Shown here one piece after another: positions 1 through 8,647 of a stretch of 18,351 nt of DNA. Under the pieces are notes generated by a model. It worked only from the letters and a program-made list of their open reading frames with translations, did no database searches and had not been told where the DNA came from. The first letter of the stretch is position 1, and each line of letters starts with the position of its first letter. The stretch is from assembly GCA_043822705.1 (NCBI GenBank), contig JBDRBK010000212.1:1-18351 (forward strand). The letters run 5' to 3'. A program made the position numbers and the translations under genes. Origin of the DNA: Fidelibacterota bacterium. Lineage in GTDB: Bacteria > Fidelibacterota > Marinisomatia > Marinisomatales > TCS56.

Positions 1-220
1 CGGCCGTCAGTCCGTACATATCATAGACCTCGCCGTTGGCGGTCAGCTTGCCGTGAAAATCCGGTCCATAGAAGGAACTGACGCCCTCGATCACCCGGGG
101 GTGGCGCGCAGTATCACGGGTTGCCGGTTTTTTTGACGTACCGCCGGCACCATAGCGCGGTGATGAGGCGCAGCCGATCAGCAACAGAATCGGAATGACC
201 GCCAGTATCCTAGGTCTCAA
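1..220 (-). CDS. rlpA: Septal ring lytic transglycosylase RlpA family lipoprotein (5' part; runs off the window)
   Basis: Not in the ORF track. My translation from TTG at 220 (TTGA overlap with the pyrD stop) is [24 protein letters not shown]...[31 protein letters not shown]. It has a LIGC lipobox and the RlpA/DPBB signature GxASxYG..FHGxxTANGExYD...TAA. Confidence 0.93.
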   Translation of the reverse strand, partial: MRPRILAVIPILLLIGCASSPRYGAGGTSKKPATRDTARHPRVIEGVSSFYGPDFHGKLTANGEVYDMYGLTA

Positions 221-1137
221 CTCCACAGTCGGACCCTGCCCCGGATATCCTCGAAATTCGTAAGATTCTTTACCGCCAGATATTCTTCCAGATCATCCCG
301 GATTTTTATGCCGACAGCCGGATCGCGGAAATTGGCCGTCCCGATCTGTACCGCCGTGGCGCCGGCCAGGGCGAATTCGACAACATCGCCGGCGGTAGTG
401 ATTCCGCCGATCCCGATCACCGGGATTGTTAACTGTCGGTACAGCTTATGCACGGCGGCGATCGCCACCGGTTTGATGGCAGGACCAGACAGCCCACCGA
501 AGGTAGTGAAAATATTGCTCTGCCAGGTTTTCGGATTAATGCTCATGCCGACCAGCGTGTTGATGGCCGAGACGGCGTCGGCGCCGGCAGCTTCGGCGGC
601 CTTGCCGATGGCCGTAATGTCGGTGACATTAGGACTCAGCTTCATAATCAGCAGGCGCTCGGTCAGTCCGCGCAAATCGGCGGTCAAACGGGCCGTCGCC
701 TCCCGGCTGACGCCGAATTCCATCCCGCCTTCCTTCACGTTGGGGCAGGAAATATTGATTTCATAACCGACAATGTCGGACGAAACCGATTCGGCTTTTT
801 CGAGCACCTGCCGGTATTCCGCCGGTGTGGATCCGGCGATGTTCATGATGACGGCAGTCGGGAAATTCCGGTAGATCGGCTGCAGCTCCGAAAGGTAGCG
901 ATCGATCCCGACATTGGCCAGCCCGATGGAATTTATCATTCCACTGGCGGTCTCAACGATCCGTGGTGGTGGATTACCGACGCGGGGGTTCAGCGTGACT
1001 GACTTGGTAATCACCGCTCCGATCCCTTTGATATCCGTCAGTCCTGCAGCTTCGGTACCGTAGCCGTAAGTACCGGAGGCCACGAATACCGGATTGGCGA
1101 ATTCCACCGAACCAATTCTGGTGCGCAAGTCAGGCAA
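217..1137 (-). CDS. pyrD: Dihydroorotate dehydrogenase, family 1B catalytic subunit
   Basis: Motifs [29 protein letters not shown], catalytic [37 protein letters not shown]. Overlaps the pyrK end. Confidence 0.97.
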   Translation of the reverse strand: MPDLRTRIGSVEFANPVFVASGTYGYGTEAAGLTDIKGIGAVITKSVTLNPRVGNPPPRIVETASGMINSIGLANVGIDRYLSELQPIYRNFPTAVIMNIAGSTPAEYRQVLEKAESVSSDIVGYEINISCPNVKEGGMEFGVSREATARLTADLRGLTERLLIMKLSPNVTDITAIGKAAEAAGADAVSAINTLVGMSINPKTWQSNIFTTFGGLSGPAIKPVAIAAVHKLYRQLTIPVIGIGGITTAGDVVEFALAGATAVQIGTANFRDPAVGIKIRDDLEEYLAVKNLTNFEDIRGRVRLWS

Positions 1138-1915
1138 AACTCACCTCTTCGGCGGCATATACCGGTCCATCCCGGCAGACCAGCGAATAATTCCGACTGT
1201 TGTTATCGGTTGCTAGCGGAATAGCGCAGCCCTGGCATAACCCGATGCCACAGGCCATATAACTTTCGACTGACAGTTGCGCGGGTACCCGGCCGATCAC
1301 GGCCACCGCCTGAATCGCTTTCAGCATCGCCCGGGGTCCGCAGGCGTAAATACTGGGCTTGGCAATCTCGCCCAGCAGTTTATTCAAGACCGGCATTACC
1401 GTACCGCGTAATCCCAGGGTACCGTCGTCGGTGGTCAGATAGATATTTTCCCGCGGGTTGTCAGCAAGGAAATGTTCGTCGGCGGTCTGGGCGCCGATAA
1501 TCAGGATATGTTTGATTTCCGACTGTACCAATTTCCGGTGAAGCCACAGAACCGGCGCCAGACCGACACCGCCGCCGACAAGGATCGGAAAATGTGAATT
1601 ATCTTCGTAACCGGAAAATGTGTTGCCGAGCGGACCGATCAGGTCAATAATCTCACCACTTTTCTTACCCGACAGTGATTTTGTGGCTGGCCCGAATGTC
1701 TTGTAAATTATTGTGATTTGGTCATTGTCGGCGCCGGCAATGCTCATCGGTCGGCGCAAGGGGCGCTCCCAGGAATGGTCGATTAAAATCTCGATGAATT
1801 GGCCCGGACCGGCCGTCGCCTTGGCAATCCCGGGTGCCAGCAATTTCAGTTGCCACAGGTTTTGCGACAACCGGACATTTTCGATGATCGGGGCGGATTC
1901 GTTAATCACTGGCAA
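1130..1915 (-). CDS. pyrK: Dihydroorotate dehydrogenase electron-transfer subunit (FAD, [2Fe-2S])
   Basis: PGQF, RRPMSI (FAD binding), GPLGN, VGGGVGLAP (NAD binding), TDDG, YACGP, and C-terminal MACGIGLCQGC...VCRDGPV Fe-S motif. Adjacent to pyrD. Confidence 0.95.
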   Translation of the reverse strand: MPVINESAPIIENVRLSQNLWQLKLLAPGIAKATAGPGQFIEILIDHSWERPLRRPMSIAGADNDQITIIYKTFGPATKSLSGKKSGEIIDLIGPLGNTFSGYEDNSHFPILVGGGVGLAPVLWLHRKLVQSEIKHILIIGAQTADEHFLADNPRENIYLTTDDGTLGLRGTVMPVLNKLLGEIAKPSIYACGPRAMLKAIQAVAVIGRVPAQLSVESYMACGIGLCQGCAIPLATDNNSRNYSLVCRDGPVYAAEEVSFA

Positions 1916-3722
1916 TGATCGTATCGCCGACGGCCGGCACTGTCGTGATCGGTTCCACCAGAGTTTTCAGAATCTGCCGGCGTTTTTTACTGGCCTGGGC
2001 TTGTTCGCTGTCCGGATGGTTGGTATTCAGCCAGTCGTAATAGGCATAGGCGCTGTCGATCGCGTTAAACGTATGGTCATAGTGGAAAGCCAGGAAGAAT
2101 GCGGCCTGCGCGGCGGTTTCGCTGGTGGCTACGGTCCGGATAATCTTTTTATAGGTCGTGAGTGCCGATTCCGGTTTTTCCTTCCAGAGTGATTCTCCGG
2201 TCAGCAATAATTCCTGCTCGGGATTCTTTAGATTATTTTTCCCTCCGGAAAGATAAAAAGCGGCGTATTCCGACTCGGGAAATTCACTGATAAGTCCGTT
2301 TTTTAGTTCAGTGGCGAGCTGGTTTCTTCCCTGCCGCTCATACAGCCGGCTGAGTGTGAACAGGGCCTGCGGATAATAATCGGTCCCGGGATAGTAATTG
2401 ATTATCGTTACCAGATAACTGATTCCCGAGTCGGGGCAATCGAAACTGAAGATTTCATATTCCGCCAGTTTGTAGATATTCCCGGCAATCGTGTTAGCCA
2501 GTTTCAGACTGTCAGATGCCGCCACCTGTCCGCGGGTGCTGGAATCGACGATTACCGTGTCTTCCGCGGGCGACTGGAATTGATTCAATTGTTCGAATTG
2601 CCCGGCCAGTTGTACTTTGATAGTCGTATACGTGCCGATTTTCCGGAAATAATCCTGAGCCGGAGTTCTGATCGGTGATTTGTTGTTTTCCTTGCTGGCC
2701 CGATCAAAAAGAATTTTGGCGGAATCAAGTTCGTGATATTTGAACAGGCGAATCTTCCCTAGCAGATACAGTGACTCCGCCGCCGCCTCGGTTTTCCGGT
2801 AACCACGACTGACTAGTTCCAACTGTTCCCGGGCGTCGGCCAGTTGCTGCCGGTCATAATAAGCCTTTCCAAGCTCCAGCAGCAACGCCGCGTGAATATC
2901 TTTGTACTGCTCGTCGGCCAGCAGGGACTTTACTTCCGATTCCAGATTGTTGTATTTCTTCTGCAGCCGGTAAATCCGGACAATTTGCAGGTTGGTGTCG
3001 TTGATCCGGGACTTGGATATTGTATTCTTGAGAACCTGCTTATTGGCCCGGTAGGCTGCCTCATAATCGCTGTTATTGAAAGCCAGGCTGGCAATCTGAT
3101 AATAGATTTGGCTACGTTCATTGGAATCATGGGTCAATTCCGCCGCTTTTTCCAGAAAGCCAAAGGCTTCACTGCGCAATCCTTCCTCCAGAAGAATATC
3201 AGCCTGTGCCAGGTAAATCCGTGCCTTGAAATCGTCCCGCAGGTCCGCTTTGAGCAGATTGTTCAGATCGTCCAGCGCCGGTTGCGATTTTCCCAGACGC
3301 CATTTGCATAATGCCTGCCAGAACTGTGCTTCCCACTGGTGGTCCCGGTCGTCCACTTCGCTGAGACTCTTGAAAGTTATCTCGGCTTTGCGGACTTCAC
3401 CCCGGTGATAATGGGAGATACCCATCAGCAAAATGGCTTCCAGGCGGTATTTTGAATCAGGATATTTTTCCAGTACGCGCTTGGATTTGGCAATTACTTT
3501 CCCATAGTCCTCGAGCGCCCCCGCCGGTACTTTTTCACCGACTTTCTGCAGTCTTTTTTCCTCGGCCGTATCGAAATATTGCCGGGCATTGTAAAAAGTA
3601 TTGAAATAGGCGCAGCCGGTTCCCATAATCAATAATCCGACCGTGAGGGTCAGAACGTAAACTGGTCTAATATTTCTGTGCGGGCTCATTGGATGATTAA
3701 TTGCTCTATTCCTTTGATTCAT
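1902..3722 (-). CDS. Tetratricopeptide-repeat protein, probable lipoprotein
   Basis: Helical TPR-like repeats throughout (YPDSKY..EA.LLMG, YRKTEAAAESLYLLG, YPGTDYYPQALF, FPESEYA). Hydrophobic stretch ending GTGC then AYFNTFYNA. The start is uncertain: ATG 3722 or ATG 3689 is more plausible than the ORF-track start at 3791. Confidence 0.85.
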   Translation of the reverse strand: MNQRNRAINHPMSPHRNIRPVYVLTLTVGLLIMGTGCAYFNTFYNARQYFDTAEEKRLQKVGEKVPAGALEDYGKVIAKSKRVLEKYPDSKYRLEAILLMGISHYHRGEVRKAEITFKSLSEVDDRDHQWEAQFWQALCKWRLGKSQPALDDLNNLLKADLRDDFKARIYLAQADILLEEGLRSEAFGFLEKAAELTHDSNERSQIYYQIASLAFNNSDYEAAYRANKQVLKNTISKSRINDTNLQIVRIYRLQKKYNNLESEVKSLLADEQYKDIHAALLLELGKAYYDRQQLADAREQLELVSRGYRKTEAAAESLYLLGKIRLFKYHELDSAKILFDRASKENNKSPIRTPAQDYFRKIGTYTTIKVQLAGQFEQLNQFQSPAEDTVIVDSSTRGQVAASDSLKLANTIAGNIYKLAEYEIFSFDCPDSGISYLVTIINYYPGTDYYPQALFTLSRLYERQGRNQLATELKNGLISEFPESEYAAFYLSGGKNNLKNPEQELLLTGESLWKEKPESALTTYKKIIRTVATSETAAQAAFFLAFHYDHTFNAIDSAYAYYDWLNTNHPDSEQAQASKKRRQILKTLVEPITTVPAVGDTIIASD

Positions 3723-3806
3723 TCCAGTGGAATTTAAACACCAGTGATTTTTCGGTCGAAAAATAAATGACAGCGAATCCCGCTCCGCCAACCGGGTTTT
3801 CCGTGA

Positions 3807-4874
3807 TCATTCCATTTCACGCATCAACGGATAGAATTCCCGCGATGTTTCAACCTCATAATTCTTGATACTGTCCGAGATATGACCGCAAAGATCATCA
3901 CGGACACATTTGCAGGCTACTTTAATGGCGTTGGTGATCGCTTTGGGATTGGAACGGCCGTGTGCGATAATGACCATTTTTTCAAATCCCAGCAACGGCG
4001 CTCCGCCATATTCGGAATAATCGGTCACTTCTTTCAACGTTTTCAGGCCTTTCGCCAGCATCAGCAGACCGATTTTCCAGGATAATTTGGTTTTAAAGGC
4101 GATCCGGCTCAAATGCGAAATCGTCTTGGCCGCCCCCTCCAGTGTCTTGATAACCGTATTACCGACAAATCCTTCGGTGACCACTACATCGACGATCCCC
4201 CGCATCAGGTCTTTACCCTCGATATTGCCATAGAAATTGATATTCGGAGTTTTCTTCAATATCTGGTAGGCTAATTTCATCTTCTCACCGCCCTTGGTCT
4301 CTTCTTCGCCGATATTCAGCAGTGCGACCAGCGGATTCCGAATGCCGCGGACCTCCTCCACATAGGCGGATCCCATCAGGGCGAACTGCACCAGCTCTTC
4401 CGCCGAGCAGTGTACATTGGCACCAACATCCAGCATCAGCGATAAATAATCGGGGCGTTTCAGTTCATTCAGAGTCGGATAAACCGTGGCGATCGCCGTA
4501 CGCCGGACACCGTAAATCCTTGGAACATGCTTGGCTGCGGATAGAACCACCGTACCAGTGCTGCCGGCGGAAATCAGAGCTTCGGCCTTTCCGGCCGCCA
4601 GTATCTGCGCTGCCTGCACGATCGATGAATCGGTTTTCTCAGCGACCGCATTCTGCGGAGTCTCATCCATCTCAATGCTCTGGGTCGTGGCATGGATGAC
4701 GATCGATCCATCGGGAAATTTTTGATTGGCCAGTTCGGTCTTGATCCGATCCTCATCACCGACCAGAATGATTTTCACCGGATTAGCCCTGGCTGCCAGA
4801 ACCGCGCCGCGCACTATTGCCCGGGGTGCATTATCGCCTCCCATGGCATCTACGACAACTGTTATTGGATTCAC
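3807..4874 (-). CDS. plsX: Phosphate acyltransferase PlsX
   Basis: VDAMGGDNAP, ISAGSTG, LDVGAN, LLNIGEEETKG, FYGNIEG, DVVVTEGFVGN..IKT.EG, DYSEYGGAPLLG, IAHGRS. Confidence 0.95.
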   Translation of the reverse strand: MNPITVVVDAMGGDNAPRAIVRGAVLAARANPVKIILVGDEDRIKTELANQKFPDGSIVIHATTQSIEMDETPQNAVAEKTDSSIVQAAQILAAGKAEALISAGSTGTVVLSAAKHVPRIYGVRRTAIATVYPTLNELKRPDYLSLMLDVGANVHCSAEELVQFALMGSAYVEEVRGIRNPLVALLNIGEEETKGGEKMKLAYQILKKTPNINFYGNIEGKDLMRGIVDVVVTEGFVGNTVIKTLEGAAKTISHLSRIAFKTKLSWKIGLLMLAKGLKTLKEVTDYSEYGGAPLLGFEKMVIIAHGRSNPKAITNAIKVACKCVRDDLCGHISDSIKNYEVETSREFYPLMREME

Positions 4875-4958
4875 TGCTGTTCTCTTCCCTGATTTTCACT
4901 GGAAGTGAAAATCAGCTGTGTTCGTTGATTAATTCCGGCCGACATCCGTCGATCGGGA

Positions 4959-5345
4959 TCAGACTTGAAAATATTCCGGAAACTGCCGGGCGATTTGTTC
5001 GACCACCCAGTGTACCACAATGGCGTCATCCAGAAAACCCAGATTGGCAACACTGTCGGGTATTTCATCATAGGGATTGTAAAAGTACTGCAAAGCAAAA
5101 ATGATTTTCTTCTTGACCCTGATATCGATGTTCGGCGCGTTCCGCAGCACCAATACCAACTTGGATATATCCTGGACCAGTGAGGCCTGGATCGATGATA
5201 ATTCCCGGGCCCGCATCAAGGTCTGAATTTTATCGGGAATTCGGGCCAGCAAATCATGTTCGACGGCAAGGTCGATCTGCTCAATTTCGCGTTCATAGCG
5301 GGCAATATCTTCGGCGGTGAGTTTTAAACTAACTGATTGTGTCAT
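4959..5345 (-). CDS. YkvA / DUF1232 family protein
   Basis: C-terminal ALQYFYNPYDEIPDSVANLGFLDDAIVV matches the DUF1232 pattern (L.Y...P.D.IPD....LG..DD). Confidence 0.88.
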   Translation of the reverse strand: MTQSVSLKLTAEDIARYEREIEQIDLAVEHDLLARIPDKIQTLMRARELSSIQASLVQDISKLVLVLRNAPNIDIRVKKKIIFALQYFYNPYDEIPDSVANLGFLDDAIVVHWVVEQIARQFPEYFQV

Positions 5346-5416
5346 AACGAGTGAATTTAATTAATATTTGGTAATACGCCACCGATATAGTTGATTAAAT
5401 CGCAGGTCATTGCAAT

Positions 5417-5453
5417 AAATGAAAAGGCAGCCGTCGCAATGACCGGCTGCCTT
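5417..5453 (-). terminator. Rho-independent terminator ending the acyl-CoA cassette
   Basis: 10-bp stem AAGGCAGCCG (5424-5433) / CGGCTGCCTT (5444-5453). On the minus strand the stem base runs into TTTTCATTT. Lies 25 nt past the DRTGG gene stop. Confidence 0.8.
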
Positions 5454-5478
5454 GCATAGCGTCTGATTCGTGCAGGAA

Positions 5479-6516
5479 TCAAATGATTAAATTGTCGATT
5501 TTCACATTCTGCCGTACCAGTTCGGCCAGAAGCTCGATCTTACCGGTCTCCTTGGCGGTGATGAGTGGCACGATGTCGTCGATCTTTTTTGCGGTCTGGT
5601 AAGTATCTGACGCAACCATCAATAACGGTATTTTCTCATCGGAGGCACGGGCAATCAGGTTAGCCGGCGGCAGAATATTGTTGGTCAGGACGATACCCTT
5701 GCTGTGGGTATCCAGGGCGGCCAGGATCATATCGCTGCGGTCACCGCTGGTGATAATCAGCTTATTTTCTTTCTTGAATTTCTGAACCCGTAAGACGGCA
5801 TCGGCCCCCATGGCGCCGACAAAGATATTTTTAACGATACTGTCGATGCCCTGTTCTCCGGACAGAATTTTAGCAAAGAGCACGTCCGCAATGAATTTTA
5901 TCGACGGATAGGTCAATTCGGAGCGATATGGCAGTACACCCAGCACTTCGATTCCCAGTTCGGTGAAATAACCCAGGTAATTGGTAGCGAATTCTTCCGT
6001 GTCCTTGACCTTGTTGATCACGACGCCGCCAAAATTGATATCATTCAGGTTGATGTATTTTTTCAGAAAAGAGGCGTCGTCAAGAATCTGATCGTTGTCG
6101 CCGCTGAGCAGCACAATCAGGCGCGCACCGGTGTTTTTAGCCACCGTCAGCGCGTCCAGGTGCACGGAGATGCCGTGGGCGAGTCCCGAACCGGATTCGA
6201 TGAACAGTATATCTTTACCCGCGGCGGTCTTGCTGACCATATCATTGACCTTTTCCCGGGCCCCGGACTCATCGTACATATAGCGCAATTTGGAATGATC
6301 GAAACCGATGCTCATATCCTCGGGCAGATCGTCGATATTGAAGATACCGGTCATCAGCGCCGCATCGTAATCCCAGAGCCGCTTTTTGCGATATAAAAGT
6401 CGATCGCCAAAAGGTTTCATGAAGCCGATTTTCCGATCCAGCAACCGACCCAGACCAACAATGAAACTGGTTTTTCCTGCGTCCTTGTGTATTGAAGTAA
6501 TAATCAGTTTAGGCAT
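5479..6516 (-). CDS. BioD-like/AAA_26 plus DRTGG domain protein (non-catalytic N-terminal part of long-form phosphotransacetylase)
   Basis: N-terminal P-loop-like ITSIHKDAGKTS, IGFMKPFG, ILFIESG, GVVINKV, LGVLP, then a DRTGG domain (VGAM...LIITSGDRSDMILAAL...IVLT...DTYQTA). No PTA catalytic domain. ATG 6516 lies just after the upstream stop (6518) with an AAGGGTGA SD-like sequence. Confidence 0.88.
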   Translation of the reverse strand: MPKLIITSIHKDAGKTSFIVGLGRLLDRKIGFMKPFGDRLLYRKKRLWDYDAALMTGIFNIDDLPEDMSIGFDHSKLRYMYDESGAREKVNDMVSKTAAGKDILFIESGSGLAHGISVHLDALTVAKNTGARLIVLLSGDNDQILDDASFLKKYINLNDINFGGVVINKVKDTEEFATNYLGYFTELGIEVLGVLPYRSELTYPSIKFIADVLFAKILSGEQGIDSIVKNIFVGAMGADAVLRVQKFKKENKLIITSGDRSDMILAALDTHSKGIVLTNNILPPANLIARASDEKIPLLMVASDTYQTAKKIDDIVPLITAKETGKIELLAELVRQNVKIDNLII

Positions 6517-6517
6517 T

Positions 6518-8647
6518 TTATTCACCCTTTTCAGCATTTGATAATAATACTCTGACGTCAACGGTTTTAACACCCTGGCCTTCTTCATAAACCATCAGCG
6601 GGTTTATTTCAATATCGGTAATGCGGGGACATTGACGAATTATCGTACTTAGTTTAAAGATTGTCTCAACGATTCCGCTGATTTCCTTGCGGGCTTCGCC
6701 ACGGACACCTAATAACAAAGGATACGATTTGATCTCTTTGATCATCATCCGCACCTCGCGCCGGCTGACCGGCAAAGCCCGGAACGAAACATCCTTCATC
6801 ACTTCCACGTATATTCCGCCCAGACCGAACATGATGATCGGACCGAAGGTCTTATCACGCATGGCTCCGATGATTACTTCGGTACCGGCCCTTACCTGCT
6901 CGACGATTTCCACACCTTCGATATTGGCATCCGGTTTGTGCGCTTTGCAGTTGTGAATAATCGTCTGGTAAGCGTCGATAACTTCCGCGGGATTATCCAG
7001 GTCCAGCAACACGCCACCGACATCGCTTTTGTGCAGAATATCACGGGAGACTACTTTCATAACGACCGGGTAGCCGATCCGGTCGGCGATTTTCACGGCC
7101 GAATCGATATTCCGGGCAATTCCATTTTGCGGGCCCGGCAAGCCGGCGGCCTTCAGCAGCAATTCACCCTCATTAGCCAGCAGGAACTGTCTGCCGTCGG
7201 CCAGGGCACCATCGATCACTTTTTCGATAGCGGCGATGTCGACAGCCTGATCGACCGTTTCCTGCTTTTCCTCATGGCGCATCTTCTCGTAGCGGTACAG
7301 GGTGCCCAGGCAGGATGTGGCATTATAGACGTCACGGAACACAGGGATATTCTGTTTGGTCAAAGCTCTGATGCATTGCTCGGTCTTTTCGCCGCCGAAC
7401 AGGGAAAACAGTATCGGTTTGCCGGCGGCTTTGTATTTGGCGTAATTGCTTTCGATCATTTCGGTCAACTGATCGGCGGTCATCATTGCCGTTTCACAGT
7501 ACAGCGCCAGAACGCCATCGATGTATTCATCGGCCAGCGCCACATCCAGCGCTTTAACATATTCGGCGGCCGATGCTTCACCGGTCAGGTCGATCGGATT
7601 CTTGGTCGAACCAAAGCCGTGTGTGACCGCTTCAAATTGCTGCTTGAGCCGCTGGGAATCGTCATATAGTCGAACATCATATTTTTCGCAGGCGTCGGTG
7701 GCCAGGACGCCCACACCACCCCCGTTGGTCACGATCAGCGTGTTATCGCCTTGGGGCAACGGTGCATTGGAAAGGTAATTGCACCATTCCAGGGCCTCAT
7801 CGACGCTCTCGGCCCGCAGTACGCCGCACTGCCGCATGATAGCATCGAAAATGGCATCGGACCCCGCCAAGGAACCGGTATGCGAGGCGGCGGCAATGGC
7901 ACCACGCTTGGAGCGCCCCGACTTTATCACGACCACCGGTTTGACTTTGGTGGCTGCCGAAAGGGCGCTGACCAGCCGTTCACCTTTTTGAATACCTTCA
8001 ATATAAATCAGAATAATTTTCGTATCGTCCTGGCGGACCAGATATTCCAGCAGATCGGCTTCGTCGATGTCGGCTTTATTACCGACGGAAATGATGGCCG
8101 ACAATCCGATATTCTGGACGGCGGTTTTCCCGATCATGGCAATGCCCAGCGCCCCGCTCTGGGTGATGATGGCGACGTTGCCATGGCGAATGTCCCGTGG
8201 ACCAAAGGTAGCATTCAGCGAAACTTTGGCGGAATAGTGGCCGAAAATGTTCGGACCCAGAACCCGGACGCCTTTCTGCCGGGCATAATCGATAATCCGC
8301 CGCTCCTCATCGAGATTGCCGATTTCAGCGAATCCCGACGATATGATCGGCAGATGTTTGACGCCGGCGTCGGCACACATTTTAACCGCATCGAGCGTGA
8401 ACCGGGCCGGAATCGCGATTGTGGCAACGTCAATTTCGTCCTGCACATCCCGCAGGTCGGTGTAGACCTGGTGCCCCAGGACTTCGCCGCCTTTGGGATT
8501 TACCGGGTAAATCTTGCCGCGATAGCCGGCCTCGATAATATTCTTGACGATAACATGGCCGATCTTACCTGGATTCTCGGAAGCACCGACGACAGCGATG
8601 GAACGCGGCTCGAACAGATAGCGGATATCAGGTTTGTGCGTATTCAT
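6518..8647 (-). CDS. ADP-forming acetate/acyl-CoA ligase (ACD), alpha-beta fusion
   Basis: CoA-binding domain (LFEPRSIAVVGAS, YPVNP, SGFAE, RVLGPN), QSGA, SVGNKAD, phospho-His motif ASHTGSLAG, TNGGG.G, NPIDLTG. C-terminal ATP-grasp with GYPVVMKV, second His in HKSDVGGV, FGP.IMFGLGGIYVE, EINPL. Confidence 0.93.
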   Translation of the reverse strand: MNTHKPDIRYLFEPRSIAVVGASENPGKIGHVIVKNIIEAGYRGKIYPVNPKGGEVLGHQVYTDLRDVQDEIDVATIAIPARFTLDAVKMCADAGVKHLPIISSGFAEIGNLDEERRIIDYARQKGVRVLGPNIFGHYSAKVSLNATFGPRDIRHGNVAIITQSGALGIAMIGKTAVQNIGLSAIISVGNKADIDEADLLEYLVRQDDTKIILIYIEGIQKGERLVSALSAATKVKPVVVIKSGRSKRGAIAAASHTGSLAGSDAIFDAIMRQCGVLRAESVDEALEWCNYLSNAPLPQGDNTLIVTNGGGVGVLATDACEKYDVRLYDDSQRLKQQFEAVTHGFGSTKNPIDLTGEASAAEYVKALDVALADEYIDGVLALYCETAMMTADQLTEMIESNYAKYKAAGKPILFSLFGGEKTEQCIRALTKQNIPVFRDVYNATSCLGTLYRYEKMRHEEKQETVDQAVDIAAIEKVIDGALADGRQFLLANEGELLLKAAGLPGPQNGIARNIDSAVKIADRIGYPVVMKVVSRDILHKSDVGGVLLDLDNPAEVIDAYQTIIHNCKAHKPDANIEGVEIVEQVRAGTEVIIGAMRDKTFGPIIMFGLGGIYVEVMKDVSFRALPVSRREVRMMIKEIKSYPLLLGVRGEARKEISGIVETIFKLSTIIRQCPRITDIEINPLMVYEEGQGVKTVDVRVLLSNAEKGE

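Noticed and set aside
3723..3791. N-terminal extension of the TPR ORF
   Set aside because: TTG start without an SD, and it would bury the signal peptide. The region looks like a promoter.
6517..6588. N-terminal extension of the DRTGG ORF given in the ORF track
   Set aside because: Overlaps the ACD C-terminus. ATG 6516 has an SD-like sequence and starts at the domain boundary.
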